Origin: the human T2T-CHM13v2.0 reference genome, Homo sapiens
Strand: one strand, 5' to 3'
NCBI RefSeq assembly: GCF_009914755.1
Contig: NC_060947.1
Length of the DNA: 64,000 nt
The notes under the pieces are model-generated. The model ran no database searches. It was not told the DNA's origin and saw nothing but the letters and a program-made list of their open reading frames with translations. Positions 1 to 15,530 of this stretch are shown piece after piece (the stretch's first letter is position 1; each line of letters starts with the position of its first letter). Position numbers and translations under genes: made by a program.

Positions 1-74
1 CAGTGGAATAAAAGCACCTCAGTTTTCCCACCTGACTGTAGCTCTTCCATTGTCTAAAAATAGCACTCTTTTCA

Positions 75-232
75 GTCCTGGCTTTTCAAAGTGTGGTCTG
101 TGGACCAGCAGCTTGGGCACGACCCTGGAATTGTCAGAGTCTCAGACTTTGCTCCAGACCTACTGCATCAGAATCATTTTAGCAATACTCCCAAGTGATT
201 TGTATGTACTTTAAAGTTTGAGCAACACTACT
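75..232. mobile_element. MER5A-like hAT-Charlie DNA transposon remnant (similar copies at about 21121-21298, 34102-34318, 34327-34496, 45370-45545, 49171-49352)
   Basis: tcaaagtgtggtc...agacctactg-atcagaa...aaagtttgag motifs. Confidence 0.7.
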
Positions 233-1191
233 AGAATAAGGAGCAGCTAGCCAAAATAACAAGCAAGTACTCCTTTACAGGAAGAAAGGTTTGTGCCCAA
301 GCTCCTTACAAAAGGGCACACAGAGCAGCTACTTCACAGCGCTGGGGATGGGCTGCCATCTCTGCCACCAGGGGAATGTTGCATCTCATGGGGGCCCAGC
401 TGCTAGCCTGCCATGCTGGATCTCTAGAGCTTCCAGTAGAGTCAGGCTTCTGTTACCGGAATCAGAGGGCTAATTGGCCCCACATGGTTCCAAATCCTGC
501 CAGTCTTGAGGGGAGTGACAAGACTCCCCAAGGAGCCAACCAAATGTAAAGAAAAAGGAGCCAAAGGCAAAGAGGGCTGGAGAACTAAAAGTGGATGCCT
601 GGAAATTTAGCTGTTACATTTCCATCTTCCTGCATGAGAGCACAAGTAGGGAGAGCATCAGCTTAGAATCATTCCATATTCTTCTCGGTTCATTTGTCCT
701 TTAGCCACATCTGCCTAGCAACAGTTGTTAGCATGAGCTCGAGCTACCAGTCCCTCTTTGGACAGTGATGGAGGGATCAGTTTAGCCCACGGAGGAATCA
801 GGGCATCTAGAGGGAGCCAGGTTGTCTCGTAGTTGGGTCAGGGAAAGAGCTGCTGGGAGAATGAGCGGACAGAGTACGTTGCGGGGCTGTCTCTTAGAGG
901 CAAGGAGTTGGGGGTAGGGCTTCGGCTGTGTGAAGCGGGTGAAGTTTATATTTGGCTCCCCTTCTCTGCTCCTCCAGCCACCCCGAATAATGCTATCAAT
1001 AACATCGCCACCTCTACATTTGTGTGATATGCTTAACCTTCCTAAGTGCTTCTGTAACCATGATCTCATTTCATTCTCCCAACAACACGGAGTGAACAGG
1101 CTCAGAGACAGGTTAATTATGATGTGGGCTGAGCATACAGGCTGGGCTAGGACGTAGAGTGCTGCTGACTGTAGGGTTGGGGCAGCTTGCA

Positions 1192-1225
1192 ATGGAGACT
1201 CTGGATAGCCAGAGGGTCCAGGACC
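1192..1225 (+). CDS. FRMPD3: FRMPD3 putative upstream coding mini-exon A (METLDSQRVQD)
   Basis: ATG at 1192 and consensus donor C|GTGAGT at 1226. Splices in phase via 4338-4395 into 5325 to give METLDSQRVQDRLLAAPGCSSPSGQQELFSSHVMQEE, matching my recollection of a long FRMPD3 model. May be only a predicted exon. Confidence 0.4.
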
Positions 1226-3073
1226 GTGAGTGGGAGCAGGTAGGGGGTGCTGCAATTGTGGGTCCTAGCATAGAGATGTGGCCCCAGCTGGGCCACCAAT
1301 GTGCTTAGCCACTGTGGGTCTGTGCCTCTTCATCTCCTACCTAGAAGGCTGGGATGGAGGAGGAACAGTCACCTAGCGTATTTGGCAGGACAGAGGAGAT
1401 AATGGATGTGAAAGCATCTTTTCTCAAATGAAGTAATGAGTGTAAAAATGAAAAGAACCACACGAATATAAAGTGTTGTTATCATTAGGCAGAAGAGAAA
1501 GGCTAGGCCTTTACCCAGGTCACTAAATAGAGAGGGCAAGCCTGGCACAAGGTGAGGGAATGCCTTTGGGGACTTTGGTAAGAAGGGGAGAGAATGAAGG
1601 CACTACATACTTTGGGGCAAATAACAGAAGCAAATAGCAGGCCTCAGAAACAAACCTCGTGGGGTGGCGGGGGGTGGGGGATAAGCATTGGCTGCTTCAC
1701 AATTTTGTTCAGGGATGCCCTATTTGAAGGGACCAGAAGCCAAACATCTTTCAAAGTCAAATTGCCTGTTTCCCCCAGGAGGATAGTCATGTGACCCATG
1801 GACAGCTGAGCTCCTGTCATCCATCACTGCTTGCCTTCAGTGTCACTCCCAAGTCTCCAGGCACTTAGCAAATTTCAGAGGGACTGAGCTGCAGACACTG
1901 AAAAAGGCAAACCCCAGGAGGGAAGGAACAACTTCCATTTGAATTGTAAAATGGCCTTCTGGTCTGTTAATGGAGGTGTTTCTCCCCTGTCCCAAGATAC
2001 CTGGGAGTGGTGTGAGGAAAGGGCTGCTTGCAGAATTGAAGGCAGTTAAGGGCAGTTAGTCCAGCTCAGTTAGGGACAACCCAGGGATGAATGTGCTCCA
2101 GCCACACCTGGAGATATGCCTGCACCTATGAACCACATAGCTGGGCCACCTGCAGGAAGATGGAATGCACCTATGGACAGAGTTTGGTTCTTGCCTCTCT
2201 CCCCAACTCTGCCCTTTCTTGGCCAGTGAGTACAATCCCCACTTCCTCCATGGAGTCTTCTCCAGCTTCTCTGCCCCATCTTCTGAACACCCAAGTTGGA
2301 ACTTAGTTGTAGATCTCATCTACCAGTCTCAGTTAGCACTGTAATTGTCTTGTTCAGTATGCCCACTTGTCTTTTCTCCCCCAGCTAGACTGAAAGCTCT
2401 TTGAGGGCAGAGACCTGTCACTTCTCCTGTGTCCCCCAGAGTGCTGGACTGTCTGAGTAGGCACTTGATAAATACTTGTTGATTAATTAATATGAGTCAA
2501 AAGAGTAAAGCAAAGCACTTGTGTCACAAAACGCTGTTTGCTTATTGATTCCTCTGGCTCCAGGAGTGCCCATTTTCTTCAGAAGTGGTAGTACCTCAAG
2601 GCCCAGTGGAAACTGAGATGTCCTCTGCTTCAAAAAAGGAAAAAAGGGCAAAGGGGAGGCTGCAGTGGCAGGGATCAAGGGGGAGCACTGAGCGTAGGAC
2701 AGTATCCCAAGTGCTTCTGCAGCACACCTGTGTCTGTCTTCCTTGCCGGAGTTCCTTCTCCCCACGCCACAGTCTGCAGAGCCTTCCCTGGCTGATGCCC
2801 ATGTCGGAAATGAGCTGGTGCCATCCCAAGAAGTCCTTTTAGCGCCAACAAGTCCGGGTGGCAGGAAGCAAAGGGCTCATTTTCCAAATAGCCCTAGGGG
2901 TGAGGCAAGACGGCAGCTGCAGGAAGATGTTCTCTGGCTTCCTTCAAGGACGAGCTCCTGCCTGCCACCAGGAGCCAAAATGAAAGAGGCGCCAGCCTGT
3001 GGCCACCCTCAGAGGGTCCCTGTCCTAGGAGTGTGCCTGTCCAGGACACTAATCAGCCACATTCCAGCTTCGG

Positions 3074-3873
<800 letters not shown>

Positions 3874-4121
3874 CTGGAACCATAATTTTAGCAAATACAC
3901 ATACTGAGGCTAGAAAACTTAAACCCGTCTATCTAGAAGGCCTAAAATTCTGGGGCTGTAGTGGTGCCAGATGAGTGAGCTAAGGCTCTGGGCCACTTGG
4001 CCCTGGCCCTCTCTCCTCCATCTCCACCTGCCCTGCCCTTCTCCTTGACCATCCATTCCTCCTTTTACCTTCTTCCCTGGCCTTGGCACCAGTGCTATCA
4101 CAGGCCTCAGTGTCTCTACAC

Positions 4122-4407
4122 CCTTATCCTTCAGTGCTCTTTGTTTGAATACTACACTCAGACCCCTTCTTGCCTGCAGTATGCCTCCCCTGGCCCTTGA
4201 TGGAGAACATTTATGAAGCTTTTGTGGAATTCCTAAGCTTTAGTTACTTAAGTTGTGGAAATCGGGAGAACAATGTGTAATCTCTCCCTGGAGTTAGGGC
4301 AGTAATTTCTCTTCTCCCAGTTCCTCTGGGCTTTCAGGCCTGCTGGCAGCCCCAGGATGCAGCTCCCCTTCTGGCCAACAGGAACTCTTTTCCAGGTGTC
4401 TCATTAA
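4122..4407 (-). pseudogene. Pseudo-exon P20 (LMRHLEKSSCWPEGELHPGAASRPESPEELGEEKLLP*LQGEITHCSPDFHNLSN*...VVFKQRALKDK)
   Basis: acceptor caacttctttcag| phase 0; donor uncertain. Confidence 0.5.
4338..4395 (+). CDS. FRMPD3: FRMPD3 putative upstream mini-exon B (RLLAAPGCSSPSGQQELFS)
   Basis: Acceptor ctttcag|, weak donor AG|GTGTCT, phase 1 in and 2 out fits neighbours. Lies antisense to a pseudo-exon, so it may be a shadow artefact. Confidence 0.35.
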
Positions 4408-4520
4408 CTGAAAGAAGTTGGCATTATGGACAATTTTGGTCCCAGACATTAGCACATTTATTTATATATGCTACTTAAATCATTTATTTTTGTATACAAC
4501 TTAAGATGTATTCAAGTTTA

Positions 4521-4844
<324 letters not shown>

Positions 4845-4919
4845 TTTAAAATATTGCATCAGGGCTTCATGAAGATGCTCCATCTTCTGGAACAACTTTA
4901 CATTTCTTCCGCCACTTAC

Positions 4920-5269
4920 TTGCCTGTCTTGTGGTCTCTTCCTGCAAGGCTTTGGTTTCCTTTACGGAGTTAATAGCTAAGTCAGTGGAGGATGACAGTT
5001 AACTTCTGCAGAATATTTGCATTGGGTTCCTTCTGGAGTTCCAATATCTGAGAGGAAGGGTCTGACTCTAATTTCAGGCTCATGACGTCAGTTTCTTCTA
5101 TTGGCTGTAGCCCTGAAGACAGTAGCTTCTACTTTCTAGATTTCTCTTTCTCCAATCTGAAATATGAGGCAGTCATCATCTCTGTTGGCTCCAGAGGATG
5201 TAGGAAGCTAAGCTGTAAACTCCTGGGTGCCAGGGCCAGAACCCTAACTGGCATCTCTCCCTGCTGGTT
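4920..5269 (-). pseudogene. Pseudo-exon P19 (NQQGEMPVRVLALAPRSLQLSFLHPLEPTEMMTASYFRLEKEKSRK*KLLSSGLQPIEETDVMSLKLESDPSSQILELQKEPNANILQKL...)
   Basis: acceptor cctcag| phase 0; one stop in about 95 codons; overlapping donors CAG|GCAA|GTAAGT. The preceding intron contains FRMPD3 exon 5325-5479. Confidence 0.6.
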
Positions 5270-5280
5270 CTGAGGCTTAG

Positions 5281-5775
<495 letters not shown>

Positions 5776-6019
5776 CTTGCAAAAAAAAAATGTACCTATT
5801 CTATTTAATTCAACAAGTATCTATAGATTGCCTACTCTAAGCCCAGCAATGTTGTCGGGAAGTACAAGACACAGTTCCTGTTCTCAAGAACCTAACCATC
5901 AGGCTGTGGAGACATGTATATACTCATGAAACAGGTCAGCCATTGAAGACCAGAATCAAGATACAGACCACAGGTGGGATAGGAGAGGAGAGGATAATGG
6001 AATCTCTGAATGCTTGAGT

Positions 6020-6235
6020 GGCAGTAACAAACATCTACCATTGATTAAGCATCTACAATGTGCTTTACATCATATTGTTTAATTCTCACAGCCACCCCTG
6101 CAAAGTAAATAAGTAATATCATTCCCATTTTGCAAACGAGGAAACTGAGGCATAATGAAAGAGAAGTGGCTTGTCCAGTGTCACTCAGCTATAAAGCAAC
6201 AGAGCCAGGGTTTGCACCTGGGCCTGTTTGATGCC
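6020..6235 (-). mobile_element. MIR (another at about 7290-7545 minus; plus-strand copies at about 12770, 20570, 45770-46125, 59620-59840)
   Basis: cccattttgca-a-gaggaaactgaggc core. Confidence 0.75.
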
Positions 6236-6299
6236 ATGCAGGGGAAGTAGGGCCTGAAAGGGACCATGTGGGATGGAACAAGCAAAGCCCCACCTAAGC

Positions 6300-6557
6300 T
6301 ATGAAGCCCTGCTATCATGAATGAAATGGAAAAAGACTGAAGTACTGTTTTGTTTCGAATCTGCTAGGCATTGACAAAAAAGACAGACGGAATGGAGCTT
6401 TATTCCTGACTTGCTGGGCCTGAGGCTTTAGATGTTTACAACAGTTTCTCGCTCAGTCAAGAGGAGCAGCCAGAGTACAAACTGGTCTTGCAGAAATTTG
6501 ATGAATTTTGCAATCCTCCAAGGGAAAGAAAAAGATTTTTGTAAGCTCTCTCTTCAA
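6300..6557 (-). pseudogene. Pseudo-exon P17 (VEERAYK / SFPWRIAKFIKFLQDQFVLWLLLLTERETVVNI*SLRPSKSGIKLHSVCLF...)
   Basis: 73-nt intron, acceptor tttcctctgtgccctctag|, phase 1 matches P16; 3' end approximate. Confidence 0.6.
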
Positions 6558-6630
6558 CTAGAGGGCACAGAGGAAAAAAAACACACACACACACAACAAC
6601 AACAATTTAGTACAGGAGTCCGTGGCTGAC

Positions 6631-7153
6631 CTAAGGCTCTGGAGTCAGCCATGCAGTTTGGCAAAAAGGTTTTGAATCTCTGATCAGAAATCAGAGGAAA
6701 GGGGGACCAGCTAACATTCAGTAATAGACCACCAGGAGCCCCTACTTTAACTTCAAATGAGACAGAATCTGCACAGCTGAAGGAAGCCCCCAGGCCTAGA
6801 GGGGTTCAGCTGCCAAAGGTATAACAATGAAGAAGGAGTTGGAGGGGTCAAGAGAAGAAAATCCCCAGGCACGAACCACAAAAAGCCATGGGGCTGGCAT
6901 GCATAGCCCTATAAAAGCCCTATAAAAAGCTGATCCGTAGTGCTGCTTCTGGCCCAGGTGGCTCCTGAATGCACAGGACTTGTTTGGTTCTTTATTTGAG
7001 GCCGTAATAAAGACAAAAAAAGTGTCCTACAGAGGAGCAATTATGGTTGATCAAGCCAACAAACCATTTGTGAAAGCAGTAGTAGACTGATGTTACCGGT
7101 ACCATCAAAGGGCCAAGGCCCATAAAGGAGGTTGAGTTCCATGAGGACCTCTT
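6631..7153 (-). pseudogene. Pseudo-exon P16 (EEVLMELNLLYGPWPFDGTGNISLLLLSQMVCWLDQP*LLLCRTLFLSYYGLK*RTKQVLCIQEPPGPEAALRISF...GGLLLNVSWSPFPLISDQRFKTFLPNCMADSRAL)
   Basis: very strong pyrimidine tract ...cgtctaacag|, donor TAG|GTCAGC; 11-bp duplication at 6905-6926 shifts the frame. Confidence 0.65.
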
Positions 7154-7544
7154 CTGTTAGACGGAAGAAAGGGAGGGGAGGGAAGGGAAGAAGAAGATAG
7201 ATAGAGTGGCCTCCACCTAAGAGACTGACATTTTTGGCAGAAGTAGATAGAAGGAATGAAATGAGTTGAAGGAATTGTCCCTTGGATGGTATAATAACTA
7301 CCATTTATCCAATTCTTAGCAATGTCAATCAGCTGTTTTAAGTGCTGTATATTTATCATCTCATTCATCCTCCCAACATTTCTATGATGCATATGTACTG
7401 TTATTTTCCCATTTTATAGATGAGGTAAGAGAGACTCAGAGAGATTAAATGTCTTGCCCAAGGTCACACAACCAGTGAATTGCAGATTTGGAGTTAGAGT
7501 CCAAGTCTGTCTGGCTGTAAAGAGTGTTCTGTTAGCCACCACAC

Positions 7545-8022
7545 TTTGCTCCTGAAGCCAGTGCACTGTCAGGAGACTTGGCCTAGTGTGTTTAGGGCAA
7601 TTGCTCCTCGAGCAATGAATCCTGCTGCCTGTGCTGGCACAGCCATCCTCAGCACATAGGCTCTACACTCCAGAGCCATTGAGCTGTGCTCAAGTGATGT
7701 ATTTGTTGTGTATGTTCATGTTTTTGGAATTTGGGCAGCCCCCTTCTTTGGAGAGAGAGGGAGAAGTTGGGATCTGGCCCTTCAAAGTGGACACAAACTA
7801 GAGTCAAGGCTGGTTTGATACTGGGTAATGTCAGTGAACATTTCTTTCAAATTTGAGTCAGGCTGGTTCTGACTTCTCATTCTCTCCAAGTCTCTGAGAA
7901 GCTTTTCTCCAAGAAGATCTTTGCTAAACATCAGAAGCAGCATAGCCTTGTGGTATCCCTCTACCCTCACCCTTTGCCCCAACCAAGAAGGTACAGCCCT
8001 CAGATAGGTCTGCTTTCTTAAC
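7545..8022 (-). pseudogene. Pseudo-exon P15 ([79 protein letters not shown]...)
   Basis: acceptor ctgcaag| whose pyrimidine tract is split by the Alu at 8046; 79 open codons; 3' end approximate. Confidence 0.6.
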
Positions 8023-8045
8023 CTTGCAGTAGAAATGGGAAGGAG

Positions 8046-8620
<575 letters not shown>

Positions 8621-8725
8621 CTGTGAAATGGAAGTCTGCGTTCCTCATTAAGAAGCAAGCCAGTAAAATGTTTATTGACCTTATCTGAGTTTGGTACCTT
8701 TTGCTACCAAACCATACCCAGCTAA

Positions 8726-8903
8726 AGTGTTTTCACCCCACTTATCTTTCTGGGGCTCCCAAAAGCCCACCTGGTTCTAGAGTACCTCCCTTGCCTTCAA
8801 AGGCAGACTTAGCATTCTGTGTTTGGAACAGCATCCTCTAACTAGCTCTGGAGGGCTTTGGAATGCTCGCTTCTGAAGTCCAGAGCATGTCTTTCTTGGC
8901 ATG
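8726..8903 (+). repeat. Local direct repeat, copy 1 (about 178 bp; copy 2 at 10185-10361)
   Basis: hand alignment gives about 16 mismatches + 1 gap, about 90% identity. Confidence 0.9.
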
Positions 8904-8964
8904 GAACTAAAGGAGGTCCACTCCATTCTCTGTCTTCATTCCTCTGCCCTCTATCTGCTTATAG

Positions 8965-9255
<291 letters not shown>

Positions 9256-9306
9256 TAACAGGGGCCTTTTGGCAGGAACTGATCAGTATCCCCACCCCTG
9301 ACTCAC

Positions 9307-9794
9307 CAGTGACATGGGGCCACCACTATCCCCCCCTCGCTCTGAGAGCAGAATCCTTCCAGGCAGAGAAGCCCTATAGAGGGCTCCTGGCTAACCCAGA
9401 ACTTCAGGGGCCAGCTATTCAGGGTCAGCAGGAGCCTTCATACACACTGGCTTAGCATCTCCAATGATGTGAACAGACGCAAAGAACTCCCTGCTGGAGT
9501 CTCACCCCTACCTCCTTCCACCCAAACAATCTCTTCACCCCAGCCCCTTTGTTTTTTTCCAGCGGGACAGACCAAGTGACAGATGAGAATCAAGCCATTA
9601 AAAGAACATCCTAGATATGCACAGTGCAAGCAAGATATTGACCAACTCCCCAACTCCAGAAAAAACTCAGAATCCCTGGCCAATGGGTTGAGGAAGAGAA
9701 CCTCCCAATGTGGATACTGTCCATAGTGTTTGTGTCCCCTAAATGCCCTCCGCAGATGGGAGCAGATGACAAAAGGAACATTGTGGGATTACCA
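9307..9794 (-). pseudogene. Pseudo-exon P13 (HNVPFVICSHLRRAFRGHKHYGQYPHWEVLFLNPLARDSEFFLELGSWSISCL... / EFFASVHIIGDAKPVCMKAPADPE*LAPEVLG*PGALYRASLPGRILLSERGGIVVAPCH)
   Basis: acceptor caaacag|, perfect donor CTG|GTGAGT; an open stretch of more than 110 codons including listed ORF 9438..9683; could be two exons. Confidence 0.6.
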
Positions 9795-9851
9795 CTGTTT
9801 GTACATGGAGAGTAATCACATTGTCTTTACCTATCCTTTACCCCTGTGCAC

Positions 9852-9854
<3 letters not shown>

Positions 9855-9890
<36 letters not shown>
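9855..9890. repeat. (AC)18 microsatellite; (CT)n tract at about 10057-10123
   Basis: direct read. Confidence 0.95.
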
Positions 9891-9891
<1 letters not shown>

Positions 9892-10077
9892 ATACACACT
9901 CTCCTACCCCACATTCACACCACATACACACACCCTGGCATAGATTTGTTGAAAAGGAATTAGAGAATAAGAGGTAAAGGCTCCAAATTGCATGGGCTAA
10001 CCTCAGTTTGGGGGAGCTTGGCTATCTCACTCCAAATGGAACCATGTACATGCTCGCTCTTTCTCTCACTCTCCTTT

Positions 10078-10111
<34 letters not shown>

Positions 10112-10184
10112 CTCCTCTCTCTCACCCCCTTGCTTAGTCTGACTTCATCTCTGCCACCATCTCCTTCAAGTCCTCCTGGTTCAG

Positions 10185-10361
10185 AGTGTTTTCATCCCAC
10201 TCATCTTTCCAGGCTCCCAAAAGCCCACCTGGTCCCAGAGCTCTTCCCTTGCCTTCAAAGGCAGACATAGCATTCTGTGTATGGAACAGCACCCTCTAAC
10301 TAGCTCTGGAGGGCTTTGGAATGTTCCCTCCTGAAGTCCAGAGCATGTCTTCCTTGGCATG
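10185..10361 (+). repeat. Local direct repeat, copy 2
   Basis: see 8726-8903. Confidence 0.9.
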
Positions 10362-10682
10362 CTCCTTCCAGCTCAATACCATGAAATGTGTCTGATCCCT
10401 AATGACCTTTTCTTTGACTCTTCTCCAAGTTCAGTTGTCTATTGCATTTCCCTACCCTCCACCCTCCACCCTCTGCTACCACACCAATATGAGGTGAGTT
10501 CTTTCTATCCTATTAGGGCATGTTGGGTTTTTTTCAGCCTGGTCCCTCAGAAGTCACTGCTTTGTTTTTAGTAGATTTCTTTGCCCTCTAGAACAAGGTA
10601 TGCTGATTTCGTGAGGGGTTCCAGAGCTCCTTCAGGGTTAAAGCAGAGCACACTCTTGATAACCTTGGGAGCCAGTGGATTA

Positions 10683-11270
10683 TTCATTCATTCATTCAGT
10701 CAGTCAGTCAATCAACCAGTATTTATTGTTGTCCTCGATGCACCAGGCACTGTTCCACACACCGAAGATACAGCAGTGAATAAGACAGACAAAGATCCCT
10801 GGCTCACTGGAGTTTACATTTTAGTGAAAGGAGACACATCATAAGCAGAAAAGATTATAAGTAGTTCTACAACATATTAGAAGCTGATAAATGTTATTAA
10901 GAATAGAAAGTAGATCTAGGTAAAGAGGATCAGGAGTGCTGGGCACAGGGGTGCAAAATGCAACTAAACAGTAGGGTCAATGTTGGCCTCATTGAAAAGG
11001 TGACATTTGAAGAAAGACTTGAAGGAGGAGAAGGTGTTGGACAGAGAACAGCCAGTGCAAAGGCCCTAAGGCCAGGAGTGTGTTTGGCACGATTGTGGAA
11101 CAGGGGAGAAGCCAGTAGGACTGGAGTTGGTAAGGAAAGAGGAGAGTTGTAGAAAATAAGTCCAGATAATGGAGAACCTTTGAAGCCACCATAGGGACTG
11201 TGGCTTTGTTATAAATGAAATGGGGAGACATGGCAAGGGGCTGGAGGAGACGAGTCACATAATCCAACTT
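10683..11270 (-). mobile_element. L2 LINE remnant (others at about 21640-23365 plus; 33600-34830, 40700-41560, 46150-46700, 50950-51780 minus)
   Basis: ttcattcattca...tatttatt...ccaggcactgtt L2 3' end and body. Confidence 0.7.
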
Positions 11271-11393
11271 ATGTTATGCCCCTTCCCTGTTCAAGATAAA
11301 GGATTTTCTTTAGTATTTTTCCTGGAGAATAACTCTTTACTTCTGGTAACTTCCCAAACCCTGGGGCTGATTAATCCCTGTAATTTGCCTCAC

Positions 11394-11756
11394 CAAATGT
11401 GGGAGATGTTCAAAGTTCTTGAGCTGCGGGCCTTGGCATTTCTTGAATATCCAGAATCAAGGGCAGCTTGACTCTACTTCTTAAATGACTTTGTTCACAT
11501 AAACATTTGAAAAGGGCCAATAAGGAGAGGGGAAGCTCCTTCAGGGCAAACTATTTCCATTTCTTTTAGTTCTTTTAAAAGATTATGTATTCCTGGGAGA
11601 GAATTTTCATACTTCACAGCCTGTTTGATCACTGGCATAATTCTTGCCAGAAGAGTTTCATATTCTTCATTCTTTTGAATATTTGCTATCTGGAGAGTTT
11701 TGGCTTCCATCTGTTGCTCCCTGGCTCTCTTTTTTGGTCCCTCAATTAAAACAAAT
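11394..11756 (-). pseudogene. Pseudo-exon P12 (KRAREQQMEAKTLQIANIQKNEEYETLLARIMPVIKQAVKYENSLPGIHNLLKELKEMEIVCP / ELPLSLLALFKCLCEQSHLRSRVKLPLILDIQEMPRPAAQEL*TSPTF)
   Basis: 84-nt intron, acceptor catcag|, donor TTTG|GTGAGG; contains listed ORF 11495..11710; needs two compensating frameshifts. Confidence 0.65.
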
Positions 11757-11840
11757 CTGATGAGTATGAGTCATGGTGACCAAATGACCTCCTTTGGGTT
11801 TTTCCTTTGAATTTCTCTTCTCACTTAAATACCAAATTAC

Positions 11841-11961
11841 CAATAATCATTGTACGTGGTTCCCAGGACTCTCTGATTTTGAGTTCCATAATGCAGGCTT
11901 TTAGTTTTCCTTGAGAATTTTGTAGTCTACAGATAAAATTGCTACTAAGGTTTGGAGATTT
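11841..11961 (-). pseudogene. Pseudo-exon P11 (KSPNLSSNFICRLQNSQGKLKACIMELKIRESWEPRTMII)
   Basis: 86-nt intron, long pyrimidine tract ...ctctctgtag|, fully open, donor G|GTAATT. Confidence 0.7.
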
Positions 11962-12047
11962 CTACAGAGAGTATGTGAGAAGGAATATGAAAAGAAGACC
12001 TAAAAAATGACAACCCCAGAGGTAATGATTATACCATCTTCGGATAC

Positions 12048-12149
12048 CTGTGTGAATTAATATGGATGGTTTGTGTCAGCCTCCACAAATGATGGGAGGT
12101 GAAGTGTCCATGCAGACACTCAGATTGCCCTCTATCCTAATCCATATAC
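12048..12149 (-). pseudogene. Pseudo-exon P10 (VYGLG*RAI*VSAWTLHLPSFVEADTNHPY*FTQ)
   Basis: acceptor cttcccctggctttattcag|, donor CAG|GTATCC; 102 nt, phase 0/0. Confidence 0.6.
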
Positions 12150-12247
12150 CTGAATAAAGCCAGGGGAAGATTCTGGTGTTGCTTCTTGTACTAGATGAAT
12201 ACCTAGTGCATGATACACTACTCTCCTATTCCCTCTTTTCTCTGTAG

Positions 12248-12293
12248 GAGCGCTAAGGAATTCATCGTTCTTACAGTTCTGCACACTCATCAG
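12248..12293 (+). CDS. FRMPD3: FRMPD3 exon, PDZ C-end (RSAKEFIVLTVLHTHQ)
   Basis: ctgtag| ... CAG|GTGAGT; 46 nt, phase 2 in, 0 out. Confidence 0.93.
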
Positions 12294-13404
12294 GTGAGTG
12301 AGCCTCTTTGCCATCTGCCCTTCCTCCTGACTGAGAAGAGATGACATTTCCATATTGGAAAGCAACAGTGATGGGGTTGGGGGTTCAGAGACTACAACCA
12401 ACATATGAGCCAAGGATTTAGGAGTGAACTTAAAGAATACCTTCTGAACAGCATGTCTCTGCTCATGTCCAAAGCTGAGGACTTTGAAGGGCTGTGCTGT
12501 GCTGTGTTCTGTCCTGTGCCTTCTTCTTTACCCACTTAAGCTGCCCACTGCCTCAATTCCAAATACAGTTTCCACTTCTTTTTGGCTGTACTCCATTAAA
12601 ATGTATCTGTCCAATGTGAACTCTCATAAAGTCCTGGACGATGATAGGTGCCAATCTTATTCATTCATATAAGTTACCTACAATGTATGAGACACAGCAC
12701 CATATGTGAGAGAATTTAATATAAATTTGCTGGGGGGTACCCTTGGACAAACAGATTCATTTTTGTCCTGGTACAGTCACTTAACTGGCTGTGTGACCTT
12801 GAATGAGTCAGTTCCCCATTCTGGACCTGTTTCATCATCTGTACATTGAGAGATTTAAAGTATAACAGTGTTACCTAAACATGCCTGATCATAATCGTTG
12901 CCAGGACTACTTATTAAAAGTAAAAATTTCTAGCCCCCTCTCCTCAAGAGTTGGATTTAGAAAGTTCAGTGTCCATTATTAGTTGTACCCTTATAGCAAT
13001 CTTAACTTAAATGCACAAACCCAGGTGCACAACTTCCATGTGCAAAATTCAGAGCCCTCACTCTACCTCCAGCCTACCTGTCCCCTTATTAATGTCCCCA
13101 ACAACAGTCCTCTGCACCCCAGCATGGATGCCATACCCTCAATATATAGCCACAGGAGAGATCACATCTGTTGGGGGTGAGGGACATGAAATCAGGGAAG
13201 GCTTCAAGGAGGAGGCTGCACCTGAGCTGGACCTTGAGGGATGGGGCAAGATTTTCCATAGAGAGATGACACAGCGAGGGATGGAACACAGGTGCACAGC
13301 ATGGGCTCACCAGGCAAGAGCAAGATTCAAATCAATCTTGGTTCAAACTAACTGCCTCTCCCCATGGCCCCCAGCTCCCAGACCTCTTCTGCATCAGTGT
13401 GAAC

Positions 13405-13620
13405 TTCACTCACACACTCATACACTCACACACATATACAAACACACTGACACACACACACAATACACTCACACATTCATTCACAACCTCATGCATAATA
13501 GACTCACACATATCCTCACACGTACACTCACACACATACACTCACCCACTCATACCCATACATATACACACACTACTCACATATACACGCACTCATGTGC
13601 TCTCTCACATATGTACACAC
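13405..13620. repeat. Degenerate CA-rich low-complexity tract
   Basis: direct read. Confidence 0.9.
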
Positions 13621-13979
13621 AATGGTCCCAGGCAGATAGGCCTTTCTCAGTTCCAGTTCTCTTGTCTCTGGGCAGGCAAGCCCCACCACTCCATTGTTGT
13701 TACCAATAGTCCCCTCCCCACCACTTTGCTGCATGTGTGCAGTTGCCTAGTGGGCAGTAGGCAGTCAGTCCCAACCTCCCAACCTCCTGTCTTGAAAATG
13801 ACCACCAGTTCTCCCACTAAAACATGCTTGATGTGTGGTTAGAATTTACTACTGCGATCAGAGACCCAATGTGGGTTTACTTTGTTAGTCAGTTCTTCTC
13901 AAATCTCACCTTGCAGAAGCCTTCCTTGAGTACCCTTTCTAAAATAGCATCTACCTTCACTATCTTCTGATATGGCTTA

Positions 13980-15530
<1,551 letters not shown>

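Noticed and set aside
6910-6928. Double TATAAAA as an intronic + strand promoter
   Set aside because: Better explained as an 11-bp duplication inside antisense pseudo-exon P16; no other promoter features
13011-13842. 232-aa and 147-aa ORFs
   Set aside because: Open only because of CA-rich low complexity (HT repeats) plus L2-derived sequence; no splice or domain support
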